Assembly (NCBI GenBank): GCA_002633005.1
Contig: NMRA01000153.1
Coordinates: forward strand, 392,158 to 456,157
Length of the DNA: 64,000 nt
Direction of reading: 5' to 3'
Source: Phoronis australis
Taxonomy: Eukaryota > Animalia > Phoronida
Below are positions 14,301-29,300 of the stretch, one piece after another. Below the pieces are notes generated by a model. It had not been told where the DNA came from and did no database searches. It saw only the letters and a list, made by a program, of their open reading frames with translations. How positions within the stretch are numbered: position 1 is the stretch's first letter; the number at the start of each line of letters is the position of its first letter. Position numbers and translations under genes: made by a program.

Positions 14301-17300
14301 CCGATTGACAACTAGAAAAGCAAGCTTTTGTCTACAGCATTCGGATAATGCCTTCAAGATGTCCGTGTTTGTAAACACAGAAACATTTATATTTTGAAAT
14401 TAATGATGTGTTAAAATTCATCTTGCGATGTTGGTCCCCCAATGATCTCCTCGGTGACAATGGCTGCTTGATTTTGTCTGTCAACTGTGAACTGGAGTGT
14501 ACTGTACATCTGCACGCCACAAATCTGGGCTCACTCAAGAAACGGCAGCATGTGACAAATGACAGACAATAAACCTTGTATGACTACGTACTCACGCACC
14601 CAATGTAACACTAACAATACTGTATAATAAATGATACCAGCATATACCATTGTTATATACGTACTCTTTCTATGAACCGTGGCCTATGTCATGTCAAGTA
14701 CAAACAGGCAGAGAAAAAAAAAACAGCTGTCTCCTCTTACCTGGCCAATTAGCTGTATTTTCGTCGACTTCCTGTTCCGTGCTACAGCGCCTGCTGTGCG
14801 TACATCCAGCTCCCAGTGCTGAGAGTACACGCCCGTCTCACGAGGGATGAAGTCAATGGCAATCTGAGGAAGGTGGGATGTTACAGAGAGGTGGAGGTGG
14901 GTGCAAAATGGAACGTCACAAAAACAACATTTACAGACTATTCATAACATTCCAGCGAAGACTCTGCTTCCAATATCTTGTGCTTTCCATTTGCCCAGTG
15001 CGTAGACTATGGGAAGCAACACATGCCCAAGAGATAGAGACCAAGAGATACTTTCCACAGCAAAAATTAAACAATGAATGAAATTTTCAGTTAATCAACA
15101 CTCACCAGCTTGTGGTAATAATGTATGCACTGTATACCGTAGGACGGACAATGCAGCCCAAGCTAGTGGAAACTGAACTTAAATTACTGCAATCAAAATA
15201 TTTATTTTCACAATTCATACAAAATCAACATTTGAGGATTCAGGGCTTGGAATGACCAATGGTGAAAAACGCGGAAATTTTTACGGCCCGAAACATGCAC
15301 GCAGCCAGCCTTGATAAAGTCGAGAGGACTAAAAAAAAACGGTACCACCTCCGGAAGCGTGCGTCTGCGTCTGTCTTAGCTGGTCCGTCCACTCCCACCT
15401 CCGCACATTTTTGGCTGCAGAGTCGTAGTATTTGTCACCGCGGTTAACAATCACATGAGTCGCCATTGAGGAAATCCACCACGCTATCCCGCAATTTTAA
15501 CAATTTACCTTCCTCCAAAACATAAAGAGCAACTTCCGCTTTTCGAGGTGAAAGTCGTCGGCAACGCGGCGGTAAGAAAGAAATTTGCCGCGGAAATTTT
15601 ATATCAAATCTGATTTTTTACGCGGAAATATAATAACATACGCGGACAGAACATTTTAAAAAAGCGGAAATCCGCGTTTCCGCGGAAAATTCCAAGCCCT
15701 GAGTATTAATGTTCACAGAGTGAATCAATTATTACGTTTTACATGTACCCTCAAGTGTTCAATTTGACACTGTACATCCAGAAGAATAAAAATAGTATCG
15801 TTCATATGTTCTATAAAAGATATGTGTGATGTATAGGCTTTGCATGCACGAGCCAGAGGCTTTCATACATACCCACTGCTGTCATCTCAAGAATCCCCAC
15901 AATCATGTCCCTGGCGCCACCTATGGAGAGTTCAACTAATTACTTACCTTCTGCTCTTCATTTGGTTCCAGTCGCCCTACTTTCTTAGTAAAGTTAAACG
16001 CGGCATACGTGGCTCTGTACACATCCTCCACAGACAGGCCGTGCTGCAATAAACTCAAGCGGCATTAATTTACATTTCAATAAACAGTTGACCAGCACTG
16101 ATAAACTTTCATAAATGAGGGTAGTTACTATCTAGTAGTGAACAGAATGCTGTATTTCTCAGTCTCCAAGAGGGATACGTCATCTTTTCATCCAACCACA
16201 AATTAAGAGTGAAACTTGGTAATTCACATTTTGCTGAGTACGACAGCACTAGAAAAATGATCAAATTTGGCTAACATTAGAAACGCACACCTCCGAAATG
16301 GCAATATGCAGTTCTCCAAACCTCTCTTAAGAATTGTCTCTAAAATGATCCGCTTATACAAGAAAAAACAAACAAAAGGTGCATGAAACAAAAATGAAAT
16401 AATTTAGAAAACTGAGACGTTTTTAAGATTTCATCTTGAACATTTGTATCAAACAAAATTTAGTTGTATTATTAATGCCATAGTTTTGCTTTGAATGTAC
16501 CTCTCTTTTTGCTAAAATTACTAAGACATGGTCACGTGACCAAATCAATGGCAGATTGAAATAAAGCAAAAAATCTACAATTTTTTACTTTTAAAATCAT
16601 ATTCTTTTACCAAGTTAAATTACATAGTTTTGTAGATATTTGTTGATAAGGTCGTACATAACCTTGACTCTAGTTTCTTTTGAGTTCCACTTCCCCATCA
16701 ATGCCCGTCACATTTAATGGAACAACCCCACCAGATAATTTGAGTTCGGTGCAATGTGACATGATCGGTGCAATGTGACATGATCGGGTCAGGGTCAGTC
16801 AATATCGTGTGATGACAATGCGTGCAAACAAGTGATAAACACCCAACTCAATGAGCCAGGAGTGCCCCAGTAGTGACAATGGGCAGGACTGCATTGTTTT
16901 GTCTACACGCTATCTGTTACACACCCAACAGCACTATCTGACAAAGGCCAGTACAGAGATAAAGAAGAGTCACTAGAAATGGGTGCTGACACGGAATTCC
17001 AGATCAACCATTGACCCACTTGCAACAAAGCATTCTAGGTCAATTAAAACCACTTGAGTGTTAAATCTAGCTCGATGAATTCATGCTCTTTTGAAAAAAA
17101 CACCGAGACATAGCTTGTCTGGCTCTGTGCCTCAATGTTGAGTCATCAGACAAAATATTTATAGTGCTTTAGAACTATACATGTACCAGGAAATTTTCAA
17201 ACTCCTTAGAAACTTAACTTGAGAGCTGAATTGAAAACGACACTACACACATTCGGATGTTGGAAAATTGGCAACTTCAAACTGTGATAAAACGTCCAAC

Positions 17301-20300
17301 CAACGCCCAAACCACTCCATAATTTCATCTCATTTTAGAGCTAGAAAATTTTGTTGTGACAAAACAAATCAGGACTTGCAAATGAAACTAAAAAAAAATG
17401 AAAACATTTTCTGGGCTTGCACATATTAATATTGTACATTTTGCGTTATACAATACATATATGCCAGTTGCTTGTCGTTCAAATAATGCCCACAGACAAC
17501 CACCACACCAGGACATATACTATATATCGAAGAGGCACTCGCATGCGTTTAACTACAGCAAGGTATAGCACTCATACCTAAAGCTTTATTTTATGAAGCT
17601 ACAGCTCAAAATTAAGTTCATTATTAAGTTTTTATTTGCCCGCTTGATTAAATAATTGTTAAGACATTGAAACACAAGCTGTTACAGAGTAGGAAGACAC
17701 CCTAGACACATTTATTTAAATTTAATAGTTATCCATATGATTAACACAAACTATTAATGAGTACTTTAAAACCCGATTAGGATTAAAAAATAAGATAGAG
17801 CGAATCAAAGTATTTAAAACAAAGAAATGAAAAATTTATGACGCAGTGCAGTCTAAAAATTTGCCTGAGAAGTGTCGTGGTAAAAGACATTTTATGGCTC
17901 CCTTTAAAATAAATGAGATTTGTTGCCTTTCATTTTTATGGTGTCATACAAACACTCTCAACACGACTTTCCGCCCCAGACAAACTGCTTGACCTACGTT
18001 GATCAAACTAGGTCACACTGTCTGGCTTACAATATTAGGAGTCATGAGACAAGAATTGATCTTAACCACAAGCACTCCAGAAATAGAATAAAAGAAATTG
18101 TGATAAATATGATTTATTCCCAAGTCATTTGGCTCAAAAGTAACCCCATAGTTACCTAGTTCCTAGGCACGAGCAATAAAGCGAAGGGGGAAAGAGGGGT
18201 TAATTACGCGCACTGGATTTTTTGTTCAGTGATGCATACTGTTATTTATTTCCGTGAATGCCACGTGTCATGAGGTAGACAAAAGTTCAAATACCACCAT
18301 TTAATAACCACACACATAGACAGAAATTCAGATTTTGTGACCTTTTTCTGTACCAACATTCCAGTAGAATTTGTAACAGACTACAAAAAGACAGTCATGA
18401 GGTGGTAAGTCTTCTTCACTCATTCAGCCGGGGTGCTGTTCAAAGCATGAACTCTTCCAATAACTTTTCCATGTGTGCTGCACAAGCACACGCCATGTCT
18501 GTATTTGGCACGCTACCACAGTACTTTTCTCCTAAATTATGAAATTGCACTAGGTGACATTATCTCTTTTGTATTACCATTACGATAGTTGCGCCATCTA
18601 TTGTTAATACAGGATGTATTATCATTCAGTTTTGACCGGAACCGACCGTAATGTAAATTACGTTGTATTTTTCTAGTCTCGCAACGGAACGTTTTTCACT
18701 TGTTTAGATCACTAATTGCACACTTATTAATGTCATTTTGATGTCAAAATTTTGAAGTTAACAATTTAATGAATTTTAGACTGCATTATAGTTAATATTA
18801 AAATATTATTATGAAATTTCCAAAACATGTGATAAATTTGCCAACAGTGTGCCAACAGGTAGTGAATGACCACATAAATTCCTCTGAACACCATCGAGTT
18901 GTTTTACATTCTTCATCTTCATCCTAATTGCCGTAACATCCTGATAAATAAGGTGTTTCATCCACATATGGAACATTCTCACTCAAATAGTTCTGATTTC
19001 TCCAACATGAGTGACAGTGACTCACAATGAGCTGAGTCAAGCATGGGCAAATGGGGGATGTAAGTCTCATTTGTTTTCAGCATGCCACCAGTGTTACAGC
19101 ACTGCTTAATCAAATAATTCTTAAGCATCCATTAACCTATGGGTTATTCACGACAGAGTTTCACTTATGATTGTCACCTTAATTTTTACAGTCACTAGAC
19201 TTGCAAAGCGAGCACAGTTTGCAAGTTTTAACCTAACCATTTTATGAGCTGAACCCTGAAAATTATGCCAGTTATTATGTAACAGTGTCTAAGAAGAGTC
19301 GCTTTGGGCTTTTCCCTCCCATTCAATTTTGTGAATCTCATCAGTACTACAGATTACCATTTGCTAACGAAATATAAACGTCTCTTGTCGTTATTTGAAC
19401 CAATTCAGACTTAGCGTGTGAAAACAAACAAGATAGCTTACCTTGACGTAAACAGGTGCAAACGAGGAGAGTGTCCAGTTGATGACTTGATTGGACACAT
19501 TAGTGATGTGTAGCAATGTTTCTGAAATCAACCACAGTTTGCACAAACATGTTTTACCTCAGTACCCAACAAATTAATCACCATGTCACTGTGCATGCAG
19601 CTTGCTTGGACAATTCTGGCACGGAATATATGTAGGGCTTAATGGGCACTTTATTTGGAACATACATGTTACATCATGACCTTTCACAGAAAACAAACAA
19701 TACACAGCTAACCCACACCTGGGGTGACCTGACTGATTTGCCATCATGACTTCTAAACTCTAAATGCCCGTTTGTCTCCAGAAACACTCTGCCGTGTTTT
19801 TATTAAAATGTAAATCGCGGTATTTTCTTGGAATCTTGTAAAGAAACAGAATGAGACCAACTTAATACAGGACTCCTCCAGAACAAAAATGTTTAGACAG
19901 TACTTAGACAAGATATACACTTACCAACTTAATACAGGACTCCTCCAGAACAAAAATGTTTAGACAGTACTTAGACAAGATATACACTTATCAACTTAAT
20001 ACAGGACTCCTCCAGAACAAAAATGTTTAGACAGTACTTAGACAAGATATACACTTACCAGAAGTCTTGCCCACCATTGTTGGTGCAAAGGTCAATTCCC
20101 GACTGTTCAACTTGAGCGTGTCTGTGAAGAACGACGAGTCAACTGATGTCACGCCAACAGAAGGAGTAGTTGTCTGGTCTATCAAGGGGTGTTGGCCATC
20201 AGAGGGGTACAGAGATTCATCAATTGCGACGTCTTGACGGATTTGAACTTTGACCTCCTGGAAAGCACATGACAGGAGTGGATACTAATTAGAGCAAAGC

Positions 20301-23300
20301 AGATTTGGCCCAGGAGATTGCTGGTCTATCACTGCCAATTATACTTGACACACAACTAAGTGGACTTGTGCGTATAGATCATGACCGCACTTTGCATGCA
20401 CAGAGCTGATCCAAGACCAATATCATAGCGTACAGATAGTGGTCACCTCTAGTTCAACACTCACAAGAGACAATCAGATACATTCATTCGACATCACAAT
20501 CAGGGCAAGCCTTCAAATTCCTGCACTCGAATCAAACTCGCATATTTTACATGAATCTACTCTCATGCAAACTCTAGATAACTATCTAATATTCAGTCCT
20601 CAAGTTCATCATGGTTTACGTTGACGATTATATAGCCCACGTTTGCACTGGATGACTAATGCATTACAGCTATACGTTCTATTCTAATGTATAAATCTTA
20701 AATTTTTACTAGTGTGAAGCTAGGATCTAGAGGTCATTAAGTGCAAACATAGACAAGCCATCATCTGCATAAACCACGAAATACACAAGCACATAATAAG
20801 ACACTCATCTTGAGTAAGCATTAAAGTAGAAACGGAAAACTGTCAAAAATAAGTTTGAATTTGATTTCAAGTAAAAGATTATACGGAACCACTACTTCCA
20901 TTCTGACCTTACCTCCTGCTGTCCATCACAGTGGATAAGTATCAGTCCGCTCCACGGCAAGTCCAGTCCCCGCCTGTACACCGTGGCCCTGGCGCTGACA
21001 CACACCCCTGTGGTTGTCCTCGGCTCTAACACGCCTTCCTCCGGCGTAATGCGTATGGAATTGGCAGGCCAAGACATCTCGTACCTCAGAGGGCGCTCAC
21101 AGAGGTTAGTTAGCTGTAGGTACTTCACAGTGGGGTCTCCTAAGGTATAGCCAATCACAGTTGCCGTAATAGTCAGACATGCCTGGTTGCATTTTGAGAA
21201 CCAGTTTTCAACTTGAACAAAAACCACAAAGTTTGGGGATTGCCATGGTGTAAACGGCATTGCGAATACAATCGCTCATGATGGCATGTATATAGGCAAT
21301 CAGTTTCATGATGCTCAGCCACACAACACAAAACACCTGGTAGAGCCTCAAGCACCAAAAATCATTTGTAACTAAAAAATGGTTGGTTACCAAATAAAAG
21401 CGAATAGCAATTTCACTTAACAAAACGAATTTTGTGCGGTGGTTTTTGAGAAGATCATGGGATAAAAGTAGCTCTCAGGTATTATATATAATTTACTAGA
21501 TTGTAATAAATCATCATAGTAGTTGCTAATTTGGCTTGTTGTCTTGCGCTCCACTGATTCTGTCATCTCCATTTTACAAATTTTATACCACCAAACATGA
21601 CAACGGCATTTGGAGGCCGCTGCTCAGAGTCACCTACAAATCACTGGTTATAGCATCATGACGCAACAGGAGTTTAAAGCATTTTTCGCAATCAAATTGC
21701 ACTCTATCAGAGCTTGGAATGATCAATGACAAAAAACGCGGAAATTTTTACGGCCCAAAACATGCTACCCAGCCTTGAAATAGTCGATATGAACCTTTCG
21801 CCGACACAAATCGGGAGGACTGAAAAAAACATTACCACCATCAGTAGCATGCGTCTGCGCCTTTTTAGCTCGTCCGTCCACTCCCACCCCCATACATTTT
21901 TGGCTGCAGAGTCGTAGTATTTGTCACAGCAGTTTACAATCACACGAGACGCCATTGAAAATCCCACCACGCTATCCCAGATGCCCCGGCAATGTTGACA
22001 ATTTACGTTCCTCCGAAACATAAAGAGCAACTTCCGCTTTTCGAGGTGAACGTCATCGGCAACGCCGCAGTAAGAAGGAATTTGCCGCGGAAATTTTATA
22101 TCAAATCAAATTTTTTTACACGGAAATATAATAAAATACGCGGACAGAACATTTGAAAAAAGCGGAAATCCGCGTTTCCGCTGAAAATTCCAAGCCTTGT
22201 ACTATGGAATGGCATTAAAAATGCACTACTTTGTCAGCATGTAGAAACAAACCTGTCCTAGCAGCAGTCAAGATCAGCTGAGTAGGTTTGACCAGGAAGG
22301 ATACCTTGCGGGGTGTACCTTTTGCAGGGGGTGTGCTTGGTCTTTCAACTCCAGGTGGCCTTGCAGGACCAAGTCTAAAACAGAAGAAAGCGATGAAAAA
22401 GAAGTCATGCACCATTGCTTCACTATTCATTTTTAACTTAGTTGAATTCGAAACCTAATTATTTCTGGGTAAACATTAATTTTCTCCACTATGCCACACA
22501 TTTATCATTTGACGTAGCGTAAATGTGCATTTTACCGTCTAGCGTCAATATGTAAAGTTGTGTCAATATCAAGAATTAAGCATAGACACCAATCAAGATT
22601 GGGACTACAGCAGTGTTGCCTTTTAAACAGAGTATGCGAGTGAAGAAAGACTTATTCATTGCACAGTTTCGTGTTGAGGTAACATCAGTTCCTGCAAAAA
22701 CACACCATGAATGCTATAAACCCACTTTCAGTAAAAAAACAAATTTTGATGTAAACTACTTACTGTTGTGAAATTGTCCTAAATTACTCCCAACTGGAGG
22801 TAATTTCAGGGCTTTGAAAAAACTGGCAGTCATTTACTCCTTGAGAGCAGGCTCCACAAGCTGGCTTGTGTCGATCATGGCCTCCCTCAAGGAATATCAA
22901 ACTCTCACTTCTTTACAAACCCAGGAATCCCTTCTCATCTGATTAAGAAGCAAGTTGATACCAATTTCTAATTGGCAGACAGAACATGGGTCTGTAGTTT
23001 GTAGTCGCTTTAAGTCAAAGCGCACGCACCACACATACCTGCCTACTCCACGCGTGCACCAGACACACCTGCCTGCTCCACGGATGAGGGAAACATTTGG
23101 TGCGCAAACAATTCGAAAAAACGCTGCACTTTGAATCTAGTTGTGTGAACCTACATACACACCTGTTAGGAATACAATCTTCCTACCTGCTGTTGAGAAA
23201 TGTGGTATCCCCAGCCACTGTGTCATCGATCACCGTGGCAACAGAGTCATCCATAGACAGGGGCTGCATGTATGTATGTTGTTCAATGGCCGTGGCCGAC

Positions 23301-26300
23301 TCTCCTACTAGACCTAGCTTGACCGTTCTCATGGTAGAATAGAATAACTCTTGGTCATGAGAGGTGGTAGGAAGGGTTGGCTCTGAAAAACACCAGATGT
23401 TAACCTTACTACAGTCCCATCTGCATTGAAATGGTGGCGTCATCTCTGTAAAAAAACTCAACTATTTGCCAAGTTTCATGAAAATAAACCAACGAACTCA
23501 AACATGAAAAGTAGTTGACACTAGGAGGCACAACTCTAGTCCAATTGGTCTGAAACTCATCGTCATCAGCTGTCATCTCTATAGAAGCCCATCTGCCAAA
23601 TTTCACAAAGATCATAAAAATATTTAAAGAGATACCATAGATGCAAAAAGCAAAATTGTCCCTAATAGTCAAAAACATCGAAAAATTGACATCAGCCAGG
23701 GTCTTTGCATCAGGAACATATACTGTCAATTTTCAAAACCGTCCTTTGAGTGGTTTGGCAGACAGAGTGGTAAACGTCAAAAACATACGCAGAAATTTTT
23801 AAATGGCCACCAGGTGGCGCAGAAAAATCAAATCTGTGTGAAAATAGGAAGCCGTTGCATGTCGTCTCCTTAATAGAAACATATTTGCCGAATTTCATGA
23901 AAATACATAAAAAGGATTTTTCCCATGGACGGAAATCCCCTACCACCAATTCTACCCCCCATCCTCCCTGAATTTTTATGCACCAAAAATGATGCTTTCA
24001 TTTCACCGATGGCCACAGTGCACAAAATGTCACCCAGTATTTTGTTTGCAGGAGCATGTATTTTTGGATACTGGGTTGAAGTTGAGGCTGAGTCAATGGA
24101 AGTAACATTCATGTGGTGCACTCATATGGCTCAGTAGTGCCCTACTATACGCATGTATATGTTCATGTGGTGCACTTATATGGTTCAGTAGTGCCCTACT
24201 ATACGCATGTTTATGTTCATGTGGTGCACTTATATGGCTCAGTAGTGCCCTACTATACGCGTGTTTATGTTCATGTGGTGCACTTATATGGCTCAGTAGT
24301 GCCCTACTATATGCAAGTTTATGTTCATGTAGTGCACTCATATGGCTCAGTAGTGCCCTACTATACGTATGTTTATGTTCATGTGGTGCACTTATATGGC
24401 TCAGTAGTGCCCTACTATATGCATGTTTATGTCGTGATTAGGACCCACAAATACGAGTTGAAACGCAGTCAGCGTACTTTTCAAAAAATTTGCAGGTCAT
24501 GGATTTTTTTCTGATTAAGGTAAGCATGGGGGCAATTTGGTACTCGCGTCTGGATCAGCTGATGTTCTCTAACAGTGGTTACACTCATTGTATGCTACTG
24601 GGAAGGTAAGAAGGATTAAGATTGACCAAGTACATAGCCAGCTCATAATATTCCAAGTGCTTAACTTACAGCCTAATTATTATTATTATTCTTTTTAATT
24701 TTGATATTTTAATTTCATTCGACTAGGTCCAAAATGTCAAAATGATGTTACAGTAAACATGTGAATACTGCAGGATCTGGACCACCAGCCTGTTGCGGCA
24801 AGAACTCGCCAGACATGCCAATTAGAGCGTTATACAATTAAACCCATCACAATCTGACACGTCACACCCTGACACCGTGCAACACAGAAGGTCTATGGTG
24901 CTGGCTGATTTATTTCATGAACATACACACAGCTATTCAACTACAACTTATCTCTCTGAACCACTCCAGAAACACGAGCACATGTATTTAGTTTACCAAA
25001 GTCGCAGCTTAGGAAATGGGCCCTCATATCCAGAATTGTAGCGTATTTTGATTCATTCGTTCAATTTAATTATTACTTATCTATATGTAACTGTTGCTAA
25101 TTCAGTCCGTGAAACAAGACCGGTGGTCATGTTTCAATTTAAACATGACTAGACCAAACTGTGCACAGCTAAAGCTGGCTGGTCATGTGAAAAACCTCGC
25201 GTAACACTAATATGACTGTCAGACGTGCCTAGTCCAGCAAAATTCTATAAATATTGTACATACCAAATGGAATGTGTTCTTCGCCCAAGTAAGGCACACT
25301 GAAGTTCATCGAGGCCACAGGTGGTACTTTTTTGTCACACTTTTGGGCACCATTAGTTTGAACTGAGCTGGAAAGTGAACACAAAGACATAACTCAGAAG
25401 AAGTCAGTGGAGAAGGGTCAAAGGACAACCACAGACAAATAAATCAATCTTTGGCCGTTTATAAAAAAAATCCGTGTAGAGACAAAATTTGACAGTGGAA
25501 TGCAATTATTAGGCCAAAAAACCAGTCTGTTCTGACGTTACGTGTGGTTGTTTTTAAAACTGATGCAGTGGCGTGGTATTTTAAGTAACTCCAACAATAT
25601 ACAAACCAATTTTGAGGGGGGCAAAGCAAGACAGTCCGTTCGAGGCAGTGCATCAAATACTGAAGCCTCACTGGACAGACAATGGCCTTTAAAACTTTAC
25701 TTTGTCCTTTGTAAGGCTTTTCAAAGAAGACCTTGGCTGAAACTGATGCGGGAGGGTACTTTTTTCTTCAGGTAGGAATTGGGGTACCTACTACAACCAT
25801 GATTTGTAGGTATTATGTAAACATGCCATAATAGAACTCTTTTTCTACAAACCAACTACATAGTGGAAAACACCAGGCATATTTCATCCACTTTGTATTA
25901 AATTTGTAAATCCACCACTAGAAAAAATTAATCAAACATATGTTTTATCAGCATTCACAAGTCTTCATTCAGAGCTCTTTAGGACTTGAAACATTTTTCT
26001 ACATATTCACACACTCATACTAATTGTACGATGGGATGTTTGGAGACTGACGACCACGTTACCTGATATGTCGCTGTCTTGCAATCTCGTCACCGTAGAA
26101 GAATGCAACAGCTCCAACACTGAATGGTTTCTCATTGCACATCAGTAAGTCCCGATCAGAAGGGTGGAATGCAATAGCAACAGTCTGAAAACAATAATGT
26201 GATAGTCAAAAATACAACACAGCTTGGTAATACATTTCTTTTATAAACAAGAAACAAATACAGACCTATATTCAATGGTGAAGAGCCTAAATCAAGTTAC

Positions 26301-29300
26301 TTGGTTAGTAGTCACTTAAAGGTGCCATAAATTTTGAGAACCAGTTTCCTCCATTGAAGAACTGGCACCACACTGGTTCTCAAAATCTGAGACTCCCGTG
26401 ACTAGTGTGGTTATTTTGACAGAAGTCCAGCTAGTAGCAGCTTTAATACCTTGGTTTCGCTCTCTTGAAGACAGAACTCTGACGGCTCAACGGTGGCTTT
26501 GTTCAGAGGAAGCTGGTTGCGAGCACTGAAGTCTGTGAAACACATCGCCTTGACGTAGGCAGGCCGCGAACCTTTGTTTCTCACTGTCACTTTGGTCACT
26601 GCATTCCGTTCCTTGACCAGCTGACCCATACTAAGCCAGTAGCGTCCCTGCTGGTCACACCGCAGGTGTTCCACCACTATAGTACTGACCCCGCCATAGC
26701 CAATTAGAGGGATCTAGGGAAACGAAAACATGTTAATTAAAGTCCGTTATCCAGAAATTATTGTGAAGGGTAAAATGCTCTTGTAACAACCTAGATTATA
26801 GCTCTCTGTTCTGGTAATAATTGACGCTGCTACATAGGATATGTGCAAAATATATGCGTGAACATTAAACACACCAACGCAAACCTGTGATATGGAAAGA
26901 CAAAGAATCTATCTAGCATCCAAAGTCAGCAGAAATAAAATGGACAGTGTGAGTGTGTGTGTGTGCGTGCATGTGCGTGTGCTTGTGTGTGTGCATGTTA
27001 AAACAGATAAAAATGATGAGTCATTCGCCACATCTGATTGGCTACTTTGCTCAGACTTTTGAACAACATGTTGTCGAAAAGTCAAGGCTCCGACTCTAAA
27101 CTGCCATTTTATAATGACCTGCAGACATTTGTAAAGCTTGGCCAAAGAACGAGACAAACACAAGCGCAAAATGATGTTAAATAATACCACCTAAGACACT
27201 ATGACGTAATTTGAAAAGAAGTGGCTGTGTTGTCAACTAGTGAACCTTTGACCTACCGAGTATTTCCTATTTCCTGCCTTTGGTCGCACTTGCAGTTTGG
27301 CCACAGATATGCCAACTCTACTGGGAGAGTAAATAATGTAGACAGGGAACTCCTCCAGAGGTTTAAGGATCACCTCGCGAGAGCCGGACAGTCTACTGCT
27401 ACCTTCTGAGAAACTTTGTAGCTGTAAGAAACACACAATTTGCATCAATTGAAGGTAGGAAACTTAGTACGGTAATATTCTTCAATTTGGGAAAACAATA
27501 ATTGCTGTTTACCAGATGCTTACCACATTAATGGAAATGATCAAAACTTTACCAAATGTCATTTGCCAATAACTAAGCCAAACAAACCGTGCCAGAAGCA
27601 AAGTAAATTTTCTCGAAAAGTTACTTTTGTTGAGAAATTTGTGTCCCAAACTGAAACGTTTTTTATCATATTTGAACATTCATGACTCTCAAATAGATTA
27701 CACAATGTTTACTTGACCAGTACAACTGGTCTCACAATGAGTCAGTCAAAACACCGTAGAACGAGTGTGGAAACCGTTTACAACGTCTACACACTTACAG
27801 AGTCCCATTCCAAACGTTCAGGCTCAATTTCAAAACCAGACTGTGATCTCTGCACAAATTGCCTCTCATTGCTTTGAACTTGATCTTGAAGTTATGTAAC
27901 ACCTTAGAAAAGGTCCAAATTTGGCAAACTTCTGAGCAACATATCTCAGAAATGACTAATCACATTCACATGAAATCTTCAGACACTATGCTTTACGCAC
28001 TGTTCTCCAAAATGCAGTTTGGAACTATTTTTAAATTGCTCCAATTTTGCACGAGGAGTTAAAAAATTGAAAGTCTATGATTTTCATGAAAAAGTTGCAT
28101 AAAACAAAAACAAAATGATGTTTTGGCAAACTGTAACAGCTTTTTAAGTTCTCTTCTCGAACATTTTTCTCAAATGAAATTTTGATCACGTGATTAATAT
28201 CATTGTATTGCTAACAATGTTTAAATACTTTCACTAAGTTTAAATCTAAAATTTTGTAGATATTTAGCTTAATAAGCATACTTGTCAGTAAGGCCATACG
28301 TAACCTTGTGTGTATGAACATGAACATCCAGTGAATGTGTTGACATGTTCCTGGGGCCCGTTTGCTGAAACTCTATTGGCCTTTTTGACTTTCGGCTAAA
28401 AATCAGTCCACAAGTGTGACTGAGCTTGTTTCACAAAAATCAGGCTAAGGCTGAAAGTCAGAAAATCTGTTTGTTAAGACAGATATGCGTGGCTTGCTAT
28501 AATACACAGAAGACAAAACTTTTCAAAGAAACGAGAATTAACTTTTAGCTTTTTGCAGTCAGATTTCTAACTTTTGATTAAAGTCAAAAGATAAAAGCCA
28601 ACAGTGAGAAACAGGATCCTGAAAGCTGTGCTTAGCGCTGACCAGGTTTCCCTATTTAGAAACATTTTTTGAAGATTTAGTCTCAAAAAGCACAGGACAA
28701 TAAACTCACCTGGAAGTCAAGGACACTATTACCCTTTATTTTCATCAGCAGTTTCATCAAGCTATTTGAATTATTGCACAAAATTAACTTCTGCTGCCTG
28801 AAAAAGACCACACAAATCATTAATGATCTCATGAAATAAATTTTGATTTCACTAAATTTTACTTGAAAGACTTTTATCCACTCACAACAGGGGAGACAAC
28901 ATCCACTCACAACAGGGGAGACAACATCCACTCACAACAGGGGAGACAACTTCCACTCACAATAGGGGAGACACCATCCACTCAAGCTTCATGATCCACT
29001 CAATTATTGCAGAATGAACAATTGTACAAGAGTTAATGACGCACTTCATCATTTGATGGAAATAATTTGAATATTACCCTGATGCTCCAAGTGCAAGGGC
29101 AAAGGTCATTCGACAGCTTTGCAAAACTATTCACGCAAGTTTTTCAAAAAGACTAAAATTTTACCATCAAATGAACGAAAGTGTGCTTATGTTATTATTT
29201 TTCCACTTTTTTGAACATCGGACTAGAGTAACTAAGACGAGAACAAAATGTAATTTGGTGTAAAGACACACAAAAGAGTTGTCAAGGCAACGACAATAGG

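Noticed and set aside
21707-22030. Similar ORFs recurring at 15.3, 21.7 and 30.7 kb as a gene family
   Set aside because: Chance frames within copies of one non-coding MITE; the frames are not conserved between copies.
24093-24514. His/Tyr-rich repetitive ORFs, or a CRISPR-like array
   Set aside because: A pure 54-bp tandem minisatellite with no unique spacers; the ORFs arise because the unit is a multiple of 3; eukaryotic intron with no cas genes.
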